64,000 bases of DNA, taken from contig OZ024740.1 in assembly GCA_964016885.1 (NCBI GenBank), positions 156,426,001 through 156,490,000 of the forward strand, in the 5' to 3' direction. The notes beneath the pieces were generated by a model that searched no databases, had not been told where the DNA came from, and saw nothing but the letters and a program-made list of their open reading frames with translations. The DNA comes from Eledone cirrhosa (Eukaryota). The translations under genes and the position numbers were made by a program. Shown here piece after piece: positions 39,631-54,943 of the stretch (positions are counted from its first letter, which is position 1; every line of letters begins with the position of its first letter).

Positions 39631-40186
39631 CTGAATTAGTGTGGTATAGACAAGTACATATGTTGTTGAAGTGTATAACTTTGTCAATACTCTGATATGC
39701 CCAGTTCCTGGTTGGGTTGTTATTTCACTGAGGAACTGGAATCATATATTTTATTTTATTTTATTTTATTTTATTTTTTATATATATATATATATTGAAT
39801 CGCCACCGACGTCTACGAGAAAGTTCTCTAGGAAAGTTAACCAGGAATCTTTAAAAGATCTCCCCACCGAAGTTAACAAAGAACTTACTAGATCTACAAA
39901 ACCAAATTGTAAAATTATAATATTATATAATTAAATTTAGAACTACAAGTGAAGTCATACTTTTCCATATAATATATATAGATATATATAGATATATAAC
40001 GAAGGAAGTGTGGTAAGGAACCAGATGGACCATAACGCACCAGAGTACTCAATACTTAGGGTAGTAGAGTGGGTAATAGGAAAATGTTTAACCCCGACAG
40101 CAGAGCTCAAGCCGTTTCGACGGCTATTTCTGGACTCCAGAAATACCCGTCGAAACGGATTGAGCTCTGCCGTCGGGGTTAAACAT

Positions 40187-40253
<67 letters not shown>

Positions 40254-40609
40254 AACAAATGGCTTCTACAGGAATAGAAGTTTGATTCAAAAGAAATCAC
40301 AAATAAAGATTTCCCGATGATTTCTTTTGAATAAAACGGTTCTAGTCCTATAGAAGCCATTTCTATATTAAACATGATGTTTACACTCTACTAATGTGTT
40401 GAGGAGTACCTTATTTACTGTGGATAACCCCGATTGAACTCGGGACTCATGTATATAAGAGTTCTTTCACTTACTACACCAAGTTTCGTGTTTCAGATTT
40501 CCACCATGACTTGAATTCAAATTTGAATATCTTTGGCCTGCTTGATCAGAGGAAATCTGTGGCTAAACAAACATAGATGTAACTAGTACATTAAAATACA
40601 TCCTTGTAC

Positions 40610-40938
40610 TTTGTCCGAGCGTCGGGCTTATAATCCTGAGGTTATGAGTTCAATTCTCGGACCGGGTTTGCGTTGTGTTCTTGAGCAAAACACTTTATTT
40701 CACGTTGCTCCAGTTCACTCAGCTGTAGAAATGAGCTTCGACGCAGCTGGTGTCAAGCTGTATCGGCATTTGCCTTTCCGATGGACAACATCGGTGGCGT
40801 GGAGAGGGGTGACTGGTATGCATGGGTGACTGCTGGTCTTCCTCAAACAACTTTTCCCGGACTTGTGCCTCGGAGGGGGAACTTTCTAGGTGCAAATCCT
40901 ATGGTCATTCGTGACCAAGGGGTCTTTACCCGTTACCC
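40610..40938 (+). mobile_element. tRNA-derived SINE
   Basis: tRNA-like head with B-box GAGTTCAATTC, then the central motif TGTGTTCTTGAGCAAAACACTT...CCAGTTCACTCAGCTGT. Ends in a microsatellite. Confidence 0.7.
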
Positions 40939-40964
40939 ATATATATATATATATATATATATAG

Positions 40965-41026
<62 letters not shown>

Positions 41027-42074
41027 GTGTGTGTGCATGTACATTTGTTGGGAGAAAGAAGAGAACATTTCTCAATACATACAGTAGAGTTATATATTTA
41101 GAAAAAGAATGATGTTGCACACAGAGATTCTTACTACCTGTGATGATTCAGGCTTCAGTCTAAAGGTTTCAGGCGACAAAAATATGTTTTGTCGCTCGAA
41201 ATATGACCTATCAAACGTAGCAAGATACTCTAGTAGAGTTAATCAACTTATTTACTGAATAATTAATTAGAAAATTAATATCATTTGCATGTTGTGATTT
41301 CATGTAGCAAGATTTTCTCAACACACAACTAATTCTAATTAGAGAAAAATGAAGAAATCAGCTTCTGTCGCCAGATCTCTACAATTCAATCAGACATTTC
41401 ATAGATTCAATAGTATATTATAGTAAAGCTTACAGACGGTGTGGACACATTACACTGTACTAGTTACATCTGTTTTTCGTTTAGTCACAGATTTCCTCGG
41501 ATCAAGCAGACCTGAGATATTTAAATTTGAATTCAATTCATGGTGGAAACGGAAACACGAAACTTAGTGTAGTAAGTGAAAGAATTCTTAACTACGAGTA
41601 AATAAACTGAATTATAGGTACTGAGTAATATTTTCATCTACACACACTCAATCACACGCACACTCACACAAACTAAATACGCCTCCCTTATTATAAATGG
41701 GGTAGGGTGGGTAGAGGGTCAGGCTGAATGTTTTTTGTATCAAGTCCCACTACATTCGTTTCCCTTTCCTACAACTTGCTGAAGAATTATACAACCAAAA
41801 TAAAGTCATCTAAAGAGTTATTGCCAAGTAAAGGCATTTTTTCTTCTTGACAGACCAAAGTGCGACACTGCATCCTTTTCCAGAAAAAGACTTGTTTCAT
41901 CCGCAATGAATACAAGTTGTGTAAAATAGCTGCCAAACTCATTTATACTCTTAAGAATCTAGGGAAATTCCTTAGCTGCCTGGTTGTTTACCCATGCAGC
42001 TTCACCAGACATATGGATGCCGTATTGGTTATGCCGTAGTTTGAATCTAATAAGCTGACCTTTGCTCCCTCTGC

Positions 42075-42319
42075 AGGGGTGGTGGAAGCATTTCTGAATT
42101 GGGGGTCTAAATTTAGTTTAGTGATTAATTTAGCTGTTATTTTCAAATATCAACCAAGATATAAAATCTGCGATATACGATAAACATAACATATACATAA
42201 ATTGTAGCGCATATACATATAGATGTGTGTTTTGGGAGCTTGGGGAGTAAAATATATATTTATTGTGTGTGATGTGTGGGGGTGCATGTCCCCCCCCCCC
42301 CCCCAGTTTCACCACCCTA
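42075..42319. mobile_element. Possible hAT-type MITE
   Basis: Imperfect terminal inverted repeats: AGGGGTGGTGGAAGC ... GTTTCACCACCCT. Confidence 0.4.
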
Positions 42320-42988
42320 CTCGAAATTCTTCCGAATTATCTCGTTTGTTCTTTTTGTAATATAAAATTAAATAATTTAAATTGCCTTCCGTTATGACAA
42401 GAGACTTAATAGCATATTGCGTTTAGTCGTAAATCCATTTATTAGGGGAATGTTTTATTGATTTCAAAGCTGTATTATTTGAAGAACTCAGCTTTTTTGT
42501 TGAAACAGATGGGATCGTCATGGAAGGTTTCACGATGTTTATAACCGCTGATGTGATCAAGTTATGGTGTTTCCATATATAACTGACTATTTACCAGCTT
42601 CCAAACGTTTTAACACAAAGTTTAACCCAACTTTTACATCCACTTTGATGTTTTTCCTCATCACTTTAAATAAATATTCACCACTTGAGTTGCAGGCGTC
42701 TTTCATAAATAATGGGTAAAACTTATGGCAATAATTTGGAAGAATGCTAGAGTATACATGAGTGGAAAATATAGTTTCTTACATGTTAGTATACATAATA
42801 ATCTAGAGCTATCTTACTGAAAATATTGGCTCCATGGAAAATATATAGACTTCTATAATGGAACAGCTCTTAACAAAGGTAATGCTGGACGCGCACACAT
42901 ACGCACATATATATATATATATATATATACTTATATACGTACACACACGTGCACACACATAACACACACACACGCACACACACACACG

Positions 42989-43027
<39 letters not shown>

Positions 43028-45928
43028 TATATATATGCACATTCATAACTGATTTTATGTAGTGGGGTATAAGGAGACATATGTTAATTTCAAAGATCTT
43101 TTTTTTCTTTCAGTTTTTATTGTGAATACTCTCTTTCAAAGCCAAAATCAAGTTCAGTAGGGGAATAATAGAATTCCGTCAAATAATTTGTATGTGATAT
43201 TTAACATTGATGTGGTGTTATTTGCTGTAATTCTTAAATATATTCAGATCCAGTATTTGTATTCTGTTTTGAAACCAATGTGTTTGAGGCTAAAAGTTCA
43301 ACGATGTTTTCGTCGTGGATGTCAGTGGCATAGAATTTAGAAGTGAGAATTACAGCAATGCGTGCCTGAGAAGATAACGGAGTAAAAAGGGTTGTCAGTA
43401 GGCATGATGAAATAGCGTAGTATATAAACATAGTTAAATCAATGAGAGGTTTAAAATGACAGAAGGTCATTGGGTCTTTTGGCTAGAAATACGATAGAAT
43501 GGACTTGCAATAAAAATGACATAAAAATATGTGCGAATAGAATTAACTGATGAGATTTGCTGTAGTTGTTGTTGTTGCTATTGTTATTTAACTCTTATGC
43601 CACTGATTCTAATTTCTATTCCAATATGTTTCTTAACTCTGATCAGATGTTATTGTTTTGCTTCCCTGCTCAGCTCTGACGAAGAAGACGTATAATCAAA
43701 AGCATTCCAACATTGACCATTCTGTCTCTTTAAGAGTGATATATCAGCTTTTTATGAAGTGTTTGCTAACCTCTCGTCTAATTACTCTCATTTCTGGAGA
43801 AAAGCACGCTGTGAATAGTCTTACAGTGGAGGAAAAGAGAATGAAGGAGGAATTGATCTCAGTACTTGACCAGTACTTTATATATTAACTCTGGAAAAAT
43901 ATAAGGAACAGTTGACCATGGCGAAATTTGAACGTAGAGAGTTAACACATTTATCAGTTTGCCGTCTTTATAAGTATATAGGATTACATTATTTAATATG
44001 TGCTTACCTTTTTAGAGATAGTACGGTGTCATTGAAGGGTGAATTGGTTGATATTCCGAGCAGGACGAGCAACTATGTAGAGGAACTCTCGCTGGTTCAT
44101 GATGTAATAGGTTTGTGAAAACGTTGGTTGTACAACCATATTTTTGCTAATCTTAGATAGAAATTTAATTGCCTACTGCCACATCTAATATCCTTGAGAC
44201 CCATTATTAAAGTATTTTGAAAACGCCGATGGGCCATGTTCTATTCCCAGACCAAGCGGTAAAAAAATATATATCTAATTTACTCACATAGTCATAGAAT
44301 GTACGGCATGGCAACAGTTAGATAAATTATCCCGAGTATTTGATTGCTATTTATATAATCCATTGGTGAAGGGTCACAGACAAAGTTTACCACAGCGGGA
44401 TTTGAATTCGTAAAGACATGAAACTGAATATTACAAAGCATGTTTTCAGTCACATCATTTCTGCCAACCCAGCTCACATTTTGATATATTATTCAGCTAG
44501 TTGCGAGGGCGTTAGGTTCATAAGTGTGAGTGCGTGAATTCAATCTGTGAAAAAACGAGTGCCAGCAGCAACAGTAGCAGCAGTTATAAATTAACCCAAG
44601 ACTATACGCCAGTTCATCATGGGTTAAGCTTTTACTTTCATTCATTTATGAAACCGGGGTAAGTTACGGTCTGATGAACCTCTAAAATGTAGCCAAATTT
44701 TAACTTTAACTTTAGAAACAGAAGCGCAGCCTCCATGTCTTCTTGTGGGGCTTCAGTGACTGATGATGTAAACGAAGAAAGAAACCATGACGCAAAAAGA
44801 AAACCTAGCCTGAATAATTGCAGCTGAGTAGACCCCATCAAAATTCTAATAGGGCCCTGTGGGGTTGTTTTATTAAGGGTAAGTCTTGCCATTCATAACA
44901 CTAATTTTTGTCAACTATATGAATGATGCAAAGTAACTAAAACAAGGAAATAAATGAAATCTATCAATATTGAACGCAATAGTGTATTCTATAAGAAACA
45001 ATCTATTCTACTCTCTCGGCAATCTCCAACGTTGCAAGGCCCACAAGGAATATCGAATGTTTGACATTTGGCATCTTTATGAAAAGGATATTTACATCTA
45101 CACGGTGTTTCGCCTGGTTTGATATACAAGTGTCATCAGATATATTAATCCTCAAGGAAAGACGGAATGACAACTCGGAATATTTATTTTTAAACTCAAG
45201 GTAATATAAGCATTCATATCCGCTATGCCACAGATATTTTCACAAGGTTTAGGGCGATGTTTTATACTAGAAGAGTATAATCAACTAAACAGACACCATT
45301 ATATCAATGGCACATATTTTATCGACTATTTATCTTATTTCCTTGAAGTAAAATAAAAAGAATGAATATCAATCCTGTTTGAAATGAAAGATTAAGATTG
45401 AAAAATTAGTTATTATTTATTCATTCTGTTGCCTGATGTTCGTGTTTTGTTAAGCTAATCAAATATTCCAATTCAACGCGTCATTTGTCATTCAAAACAA
45501 TGTATTCTGTAATGACTAAACTGTAATGAAGATCCAACGATATTGTTAATGACAAACAGGAAAATGAAAATGGTGAAAAAACAAAACAACAAAAATAACA
45601 AACAATAACAAAAATAACAAAAAACAAACAAACAAACAACTAACAAATGCAGCAAAAGCAGACAAAATAATAATTCAGATTAGATTAAATAAAGGATAAA
45701 AAGAAAACAACATTAATTCGATAATGTAAAACTACAAAACTCTAATCTGATTATGTTTTACAGATATCTTCCTAGTAGTCTATAGCTTCTTTTTTTAAAT
45801 ATCAATAATAATATCTCAAGAACTTGATATTATGAACAAAATGTTAAATAAAAATTAACCCCATTTCGTGAAAACGCAATATATATATAGTCACACGCAT
45901 ACACACACACACACACACACACACGCAC

Positions 45929-45986
<58 letters not shown>

Positions 45987-46453
45987 CTTGTCTAACGACC
46001 CTGCGATAAATAGGCGAAACTCCAGAGTAACAAGACATTATTCAGCATTAATAAAACGAATATATATATATATGCAAAAGGCAAACAGAAATAACAAACA
46101 TACGACACAGTAACAATGAACACACATATTATTAGTTTTACGTTCGATACAGTAGGAAAAGAGTCATAAGGTTTCGGACGCTAGTCCTTCATCAGAAAAT
46201 AGAATCAGAATATAAAGAATAAATAGAAGGTTTGGGGAGACGGGAAGTGGCAAAGACTAAAAAAACAAAACATTTAGCACGCATGCACAGACACAGACAC
46301 ACATATAGACACATTCACAGACACACATACACTGACGCAGATACACACACACACACCCATATATATATATGTATTCAAAGTGTCCCCCAAAATGTATACA
46401 TATATTTATTAGGATATTGTTGAAGTGTGTATACATATTTTTGGGAGACCATG

Positions 46454-46517
<64 letters not shown>

Positions 46518-46623
46518 AACGAGTAGGACCCCGACGGCTGTTCCTATTACCCACTCTACTACCCTAAGTATTGAGTACTTTGGTGCGTTATGGTCCACCT
46601 GGTTCCTTACCACATTTCCTTCG

Positions 46624-46658
<35 letters not shown>

Positions 46659-47044
46659 AAACCATAAATACATTGTATGAATATAAAATATAATATCTAA
46701 CAATCTAACATGACAAATGTAAATAAAATAAAATAGAAAGTAAAGGCAACACGATGCCTACACCATGTAAGGAGAGTGAGATGGGAACCAAAATGAAAAG
46801 AAAAGAAATAAACGAAGCCAAGGTGGAAAGGCAGCAGACGTGGTGTCTGAGACATGGTGTATATGTGAGTGATAAGTGTTGTATGTATATCATTCATCAC
46901 GAGTGTATAAAAATATAAAAAATATCAAGAATACACCGATAAGTATCAGAGGAACAAAGGGATAATGGAATGGTAAATTAAATATTTAAAATCCAGCACG
47001 GAACAAATGATAAGGAATTAAGTGAAAAATGTAAAGAATAATGG

Positions 47045-47510
47045 TTTTTTATTTAGGCACAAGGCCAACTATGTTTAGGGAGGGGAAAGTCGATTAATCG
47101 ACCCCAGCTCATTACTGGTACTTTATTTTATCGACCCCGTAAAGATGAAAGGCAAAGCTAACCTCGGCGGGATTTGAACTCAGAACACAAAGGGACGTAA
47201 CTATATGCTGCACAGCATGTTGTCCGACACTCTACCGTTTCTGCCAATCCAAACTGTAAAGAATACTAAACAGTAAAAAGAAAAGAAATGTTAAAGTGTA
47301 GATACGACAATTGATAAATAATAATTGTTTCTACTTTTGGCGCAAGGCCAGCAATTATCCCAGTGCATTACTGATACTTTATTTTATCGACTTCATAAGG
47401 ATGAAAGGTAAAGTTAACCTCGGCAGGATTTGAACTCAGAACACAAAGGGACGTAACTCTATACTACGAAGCAGAGTGTCTGACCCTCTTCTGATTCTGC
47501 CAATCCACCA
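47045..47510 (-). mobile_element. Two tandem copies of an octopus-type tRNA-SINE (other copies ~51120-51320, 52465-52572, 53645-53780)
   Basis: GGCACAAGGCC...CTGGTACTTTATTT(T)ATCGACCCC...GATGAAAGGCAAAG...CCTCGGCGGGATTTGAACTCAGAAC, with B-box GAGTTCAAATCC on minus. Confidence 0.75.
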
Positions 47511-48008
47511 AATACAGGCACATTAGTAAAGTCCCAAAGGAAACCCTATTCAATTGATGTGGACTTATTTACAGAAATATATGATGAACTAAGTTTTTTT
47601 CTGATTTTATTGCATATACTTAAGTGATGACTAAACAACATACTACTTGCATGAGTGTGTGCCTGTAAAACATATACATATACACCAGGTCCGAACACAA
47701 AGGAACCAAACTCCCACTGTCACTGCCTCCGTCTCTCCCACTTTCCTCATCTCTCACTAATATAAGTAAATGGGGGCCCACGCGCTGGCTGTCCCGCAGA
47801 CCCGGTGGACAGAATAGAGAAGACGTTTCCTCGGAGGATGGTGAGGGAGATGCGCTGGAAGAGACATTCCAGCTTGCGAGGCTCTCACCTATGGGTAGCT
47901 AACTCTCTCTCTCTATATATATGAGTGTTTGTGCATGCGTGTGTAAGAGATTGTGTGGGTGTGTGAGTTTTACTGACAAATTCATGTGTGTATGTGTATA
48001 TATATATA

Positions 48009-48077
<69 letters not shown>

Positions 48078-48280
48078 TGTCAGGTCACTCTTGAGTGCTA
48101 CTGGTAACATGTAAACCAGTACATCCTGTCACATGGTCGGGTCTTCGGCGACTTAACTGGCAACCCTACCAAGTTTACTTGGGGAGGAGGGTGATTTTGG
48201 ACACCCTGCAGGACAAAAGACAAAACCTGACAAAGGGCGGAAGAACTCATAAGAGTCAACGGTCATCCAAAAATGTGTAA
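48078..48280. repeat. Dispersed repeat, unclassified retroelement end (copies at ~50427-50780 and ~13030-13340)
   Basis: Shared TGTCAGG...CTTGGGGAGGAGGGTGATTTTGGACACCCTGC...AAGGGCGGA.GAACTCA...GAGTCA. Confidence 0.65.
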
Positions 48281-49051
48281 ATATTAATATACTCATGTAC
48301 ATATGTATGTGTATGTATATGCATGTGTATATGCCTGGGGTGTCAGAGAGGGGCATGTACCTCTGTAGGGAGGGCTAGCCATGCCCTTTTCATTCATTCA
48401 GGACAGCTCGCCCTGCATTGGGTCCCACCTGACACTCAGAAGCTGTAGCATGCGACAGCGGCCACACCCCGGTAAACCGCCTCGGCTGGCGGGTCGAACC
48501 AGATTGAGGGTAGCCGGACGGATCTGAAACCCCCCGGTGAGTTAGATAGGGGATACTTGCCCCTGCATGCGAAGACTGGACTCGGCGGAGTGAGTGGAGG
48601 AGGACAACATCGTCACAACGCTCACGAATGCGGCGACAGCAAGCGGTGTGGAGCGCTAGGGCACGGCAAGGCACTACAGACATCGTGGCCATCCACTGCA
48701 GCTAAGGAAGTCCCTGGTCGTGACGGTCCTCCGTACCACCGGATTCTGGCTTCTGCGGCCGAGTGAGTGGGACCGTCACTGTGCACTGGCCCTCCCACTA
48801 TAAACCTTTCTCGCACAGGTTTCTTCTTTAGCATGCACTCCCAAAGCCCTGCGGTGATGGGTTAGAGGTGGAGGTAACCTCTGGGAGTTGCCAGACTGAC
48901 TCCGGTCTCTTCCCCTGCCCCCACCGTCCCCAGACCTGCAAGTCAAGCATCGGCCTCCACAACCACCTTCGTGCCCATGGCAGACGAGAACAACAATAAA
49001 GAAGATGTCATCATCGTTTACGATGGAAAACCAAGATATATATATATATAT

Positions 49052-49895
<844 letters not shown>

Positions 49896-50225
49896 ATATA
49901 TATATATATATATATAGACAGAGAGAGAGAGTGGGACTGGCTTTGTGCAGTGCCTTTGCTCACTATAAAAGCTTCACGGCACAGGCATTGCTTTATATCT
50001 GGAGATCTCTCTGCACTTGTCATCAAATGGTACCATGGGCCCAGCACTATGTGTCAATAATTGTCACAAGTGTAGTGTTTGTACCAGAGTTTTCAAGTCG
50101 CTGGCTGGACTAAAAAGTCACACTCGTTCAGCGCATCGGTAGGGGTTCTCCTACAAGGATATAAAGTAGTGGCCGTACTCGAAAACGAGTTGGCAGCCAC
50201 CATATATATATATATATATATATAC

Positions 50226-50305
<80 letters not shown>

Positions 50306-50313
50306 CTATATCA

Positions 50314-50365
<52 letters not shown>

Positions 50366-52280
50366 TTATATTTATATATATATCTGTATGTGTGTGTGTT
50401 TGTGCGAGTGCGTGTGTGAGTTCATATGTCAGGCCTCTCTTCAACGCTACTTCTAACATGTAACCCACATAGAACATGTCTACGGTCGGGTCCTCAGCTA
50501 TTAAACCGGCAGCCTCACCAAACTTGCTTGGGGAGGAGGGTGATTTTGGACACCCTGCGAGCTGGAAACATCAAGGGGCGGAGGAACTCAGGCGAGTCAT
50601 CAACCATCCAATAAAGTATTGTTTTAGAAGGGTAATGGATTAAATGATACTTAATCTTTATTAAGACATCTCTAGTATAAAACCTGGTATAAAACCTCGT
50701 ATAAAACCTGGGACTTCGTATGCATCCAACGATGTAGCCCAGTTCTACTGTTTGGGTATACCACGTGGGACTTATTCTTAAGGGTTTCTAAACAGTACTC
50801 AACATTGGTCTTGTATATTAATGATATTTCTTTATATAGTTACATTTTGTGATATCTGGATACTTTTGTATTTAAATGAAGGTTAACTGAAGATATACGC
50901 TTATTTGTTTCTGTGTGCATATAGTCACACTTGTACATATTTCATTTTCTTTTCTTATTCTCATTATTTGTATACTTTTTTGTGCTATACAATTATCTGG
51001 TCATCATTATATCTTGTTTCGTACTGGTCACCTTTAGTTCACTTATCTTCGTTCTGTAAACATTCTCCAAATTGAGAGCATGGGTTTATAATAATCTAGT
51101 CACTAGATTAGTGTATGCTTAGGCGGTAGATTGGCATAATCGTTAGGGGTGTTGGATTCAATGCCTCGGTATCTGTTCTATATCACTGTGCTTTGAGTTC
51201 AAATTCTGCAGGTGCTAACTCTGCCTTGAAGTGAATTACAAGTGGGCGGTGGACTGGCGTACATAATTCCTTACGTTATCTGCTCCGTCTCTGTATATTC
51301 TGAGTTCAAATCCCATCGTCTTCTGTCAGGAGTTGGGATGAGCAGATAGTAGCAGCAATGACAAACTGACGATGGTTACTCTTCCATTTTACTATATATT
51401 TGTTAAATATATTTAAACATTATCTAATTTAACGAAAGCTGTTATTTTCATTATTTAATATCCGCAATACAACGAACACCATGACAAAATTATTTAACTT
51501 AACTTGGATTCCGTACAGCCTTAACTACTATACGCTAACATAAGTTTACATACCCGTCACAATTTTAGTTTAACGAATACTTTTTTCTGACTATTTTTTA
51601 TACCCTGTGTTTAATCAAACTAATCGATGAATGTTTAGGCTGGAATAGCCTTAAGCTCTAGGAATTTATTTTCGCATTCATAAATTTCGGAATTCTAAAC
51701 GGTTTAAACTTTGATATTATTTAACTCCCTTTACCATACCAACATTTTCTCATTAAATTTAAGGTAATAGCCAAACGATTAGCCTCCAGCCTCTCCAAAT
51801 TAATGTCCCTATTTTCAAATTCAATTCTACTCGTTTCCAATCATCTTTCCATTGTCTCTCCATTGTACTTTTCTATTTTCCTACTCTCCATCTCAATATA
51901 AATGTAAGACTCTATGTTAGGTTTCTCCCATAAGTTCCGTTGATTTAAATGATGTATGAATGTGTAAACTTTATTAAATGTGTAAACTTTATTATAAACA
52001 CGCACGCACACACACTGGGATACAAAAAATGCACACACATATAATCATGCGTATAGATGTATACAGGATTTGCTGGATCCCAAGGCTAACAATGCTTAAT
52101 CGTTTAAACGTTGAAGAAATGCTAACCCTGGGATTTAGCACATAAATGTTTTAAAGTTATTTTACTCTGTAGAGATCTTAAGTTACAACTAATAAAATAT
52201 ACATTCAATTCAATTGAAAATTCTATTAACATTTTATAGTACACACACACACACACACGCACGCGCACGCGCGCGCGCAC

Positions 52281-52322
<42 letters not shown>

Positions 52323-52325
52323 TCA

Positions 52326-52367
<42 letters not shown>

Positions 52368-52970
52368 ACTATCTATCTATTTATCTCTCCGTCCATCTGT
52401 CAGCTTGTCTGTCTTTCTCTTTCTCACTATATATATATCTATCTAGACTACATTATCTCTATACAAATCCCGCCGGGGTTGACTTTGCCTTTCATCCTTA
52501 CGGGGTCGATAAAATCAAGTACCAGTAATGCACTGGGTAATTGCTGGCCTTGTGCCTAAAGTAGAAACAATTATCTCTCTATATATATAAAACGGAAGAT
52601 GTCTGTCTGTGTGTGTGTATGATTTTTATGCATTTCCACATTTCTCTACCGATTTTGATGATTGTTTTTGCAATGTGCTCCAAATTTACCACCAATGGTC
52701 AATGCGTAATAAACTTTGCCAAACATTTCCTGCTTCTATGAAAAAATCGATACAACTAAATACATGCTGTAATCTCTTACACGCTTATTCACTCTCACTA
52801 CTACCCTCAACATACTATGAAACTACGTACATGTTGCAACTCTCTCTCTATATATATATATCACACACACACACATATACATAAACATCTAAAGAGAGAA
52901 AAGGGAGATGTAGAGAGAGAGAGAGAGAGTGAGATAGGTCGTTATACAGAGAGAGGTACAAGATAATCAG

Positions 52971-53008
<38 letters not shown>

Positions 53009-53053
53009 TGAGATAGGTCGTTATTCAGAGAGAGGTACAAGATAATCAGATAA

Positions 53054-53107
<54 letters not shown>

Positions 53108-54277
53108 GCGACAAACGTTGATTCACACACACACACACACAAACACATATATATATAAAGACAGAGAGAGAGAGATCTGCGCGTTCTTTATTGTTCTCCA
53201 TTCTGTAGAGGAAGAGAGAGAGGGGGATATGAGTGAGAGAGAGAGAGAGAGGGTATGAGAAAAAAGGGAGAGGGGTTGAGAAAGAAAGAAAGTTTAAGCA
53301 AAGAATCGCTGCTTTCAACATTAACGGGATCTTCTTAAACTAAAAAATTCAAACTGTGAGGGCAGAATTAAATATTTCGAGAAACATTGCAACCGAACGA
53401 AAACAGGAAGAAGATATTTTGGTTTGTGAAGACGTTCCCTGGTAATGAACGTAAAAAAAGCGAGTATAATACGTCGTTATGTGGACCGAGAAGAACAATT
53501 TCATGCAAAGACAAGACCAAGTTTATGGTGTAAATGGAGTCGTTAGACTAATATTCTATTTAAAATAACCGAATGATTTCCAGCCCCAGAGTTTAAGAAT
53601 GATGTAAATAAATTTGTAAACGAAAATGACAGGCTATTAAAATTGTTGTTTCTACTTTTGGCACAAGGCCAGCAATTACCCAGGTTAACTTTGCCTTTCA
53701 TCCTTACGGGGTCGATAAAATAAAGTACCAGTAATACACTGGGATAATTGCTGGCCTTGTGCCAATAGTAGAAACAATTATATATATATAGATGGCGGGT
53801 TGGAATTGGAAAAGATATCTTTAAATAAGAGGTCCATTCATGTTGACATCTCTTGGAAAACTGTTGGTGCTGGCGTTTTGTGTATGATTTATTTTTTTAG
53901 AAAAGTGGATGATGGAGCGCGTCTACCTGAAATGGAAAAAAACCGTTTTGCAAAAGGTGCTATACTTGTGCACGTGCGTGTGTGTGTGTGTGTGTGTGTG
54001 TTATACGTCCGTACGAAGCTAAGAAGAAATGTGTGTGTATATATGTAAGTAAAAGAGTGTGTGTGCATGTAAGTACGAAGCTATGAGCAAAAGTATGTTA
54101 ATATAGGGGTATGTATGTGGCTATACAGAGCAGTGACGGGAAAAGTAGTGTAAGCATATTTAGTCGATCTGTATTAATTGTAAGAGAAGATGTTAATGAT
54201 CATCAGAGAGTGATAGGAATCTAGTGGTGAATGTACAAGCGTGTGTGATAATGGACGGGGTATTAAAGAAATTGGGG

Positions 54278-54563
54278 AGGTGAGTTGATTCCAAGAGGGG
54301 AATAGGACCCAAGGCGGTGAATTAGACTCTGTTCAGTCCTGGTGCGCGAGGCCTGAGGTCCATGATGTAAAAGGACACCCAGGACAGAAACATGTAGGGA
54401 AGAATGACCAGGAGAACAGAAATGACGTGGTCAGAAGAGAGGATGCGGAAGGAACGGAGGGTATGTTGCCGGAGTGGTAGGGTGATGGGTTGGTAGGTGA
54501 GAGGGAAAGGAACGCGAGTGTTGGGAGGGCGGGGGTGAGGTGAGTGGGCTGTGGTGCGGTCTG
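54278..54563 (-). pseudogene. Penelope/Poseidon-type PLE fragment, internally deleted
   Basis: Minus strand translates to RVPFPLTYQP (thumb-linker motif) and EQSLIHRLGSYSPLGINS (GIY-YIG C-terminal motif). Confidence 0.6.
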
Positions 54564-54943
54564 ATATATATATATATATATATATATAATATTCAGTAGA
54601 TTCGTGGTGTACTGAGGTGACTACCAAAATCAGCATTCTTTGCAAGGGCAGAGTGTATATATTGAAAACAAATCGAAGTTTTACATTAAGGTCTTTATTG
54701 ATTATACATAGTTACGACCGTTTCACGGATGGGTGACTCAAGATCTATATTAAAACTATAGGCCTGACTCCAGCCCAAACTGCTTATCAGGCTTGTTAAT
54801 ATATATATATATATAATTATATGAATAAATCTCCTGAAAATATATATAATTATATATATAAATAATTATATAATTATATATATAAATAATTATATAATTA
54901 TATATATAAATATATATAATTATATATAAATATATATAATTAT

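Noticed and set aside
40310-40362. Hammerhead in the repeat family at 17640-17695 / 40310-40362
   Set aside because: The cores are degenerate (CTGGTGA, CCGATGA..AAAA) and stem I could not be formed, so it is not counted.
41852-43370. Possible host exons (acceptor-like TTCTTGACAG at ~41852 on plus; TTATCTTCTCAG at ~43367 on minus)
   Set aside because: No recognisable domain, no convincing donor sites and no partner exons. RNA-seq is needed to decide.
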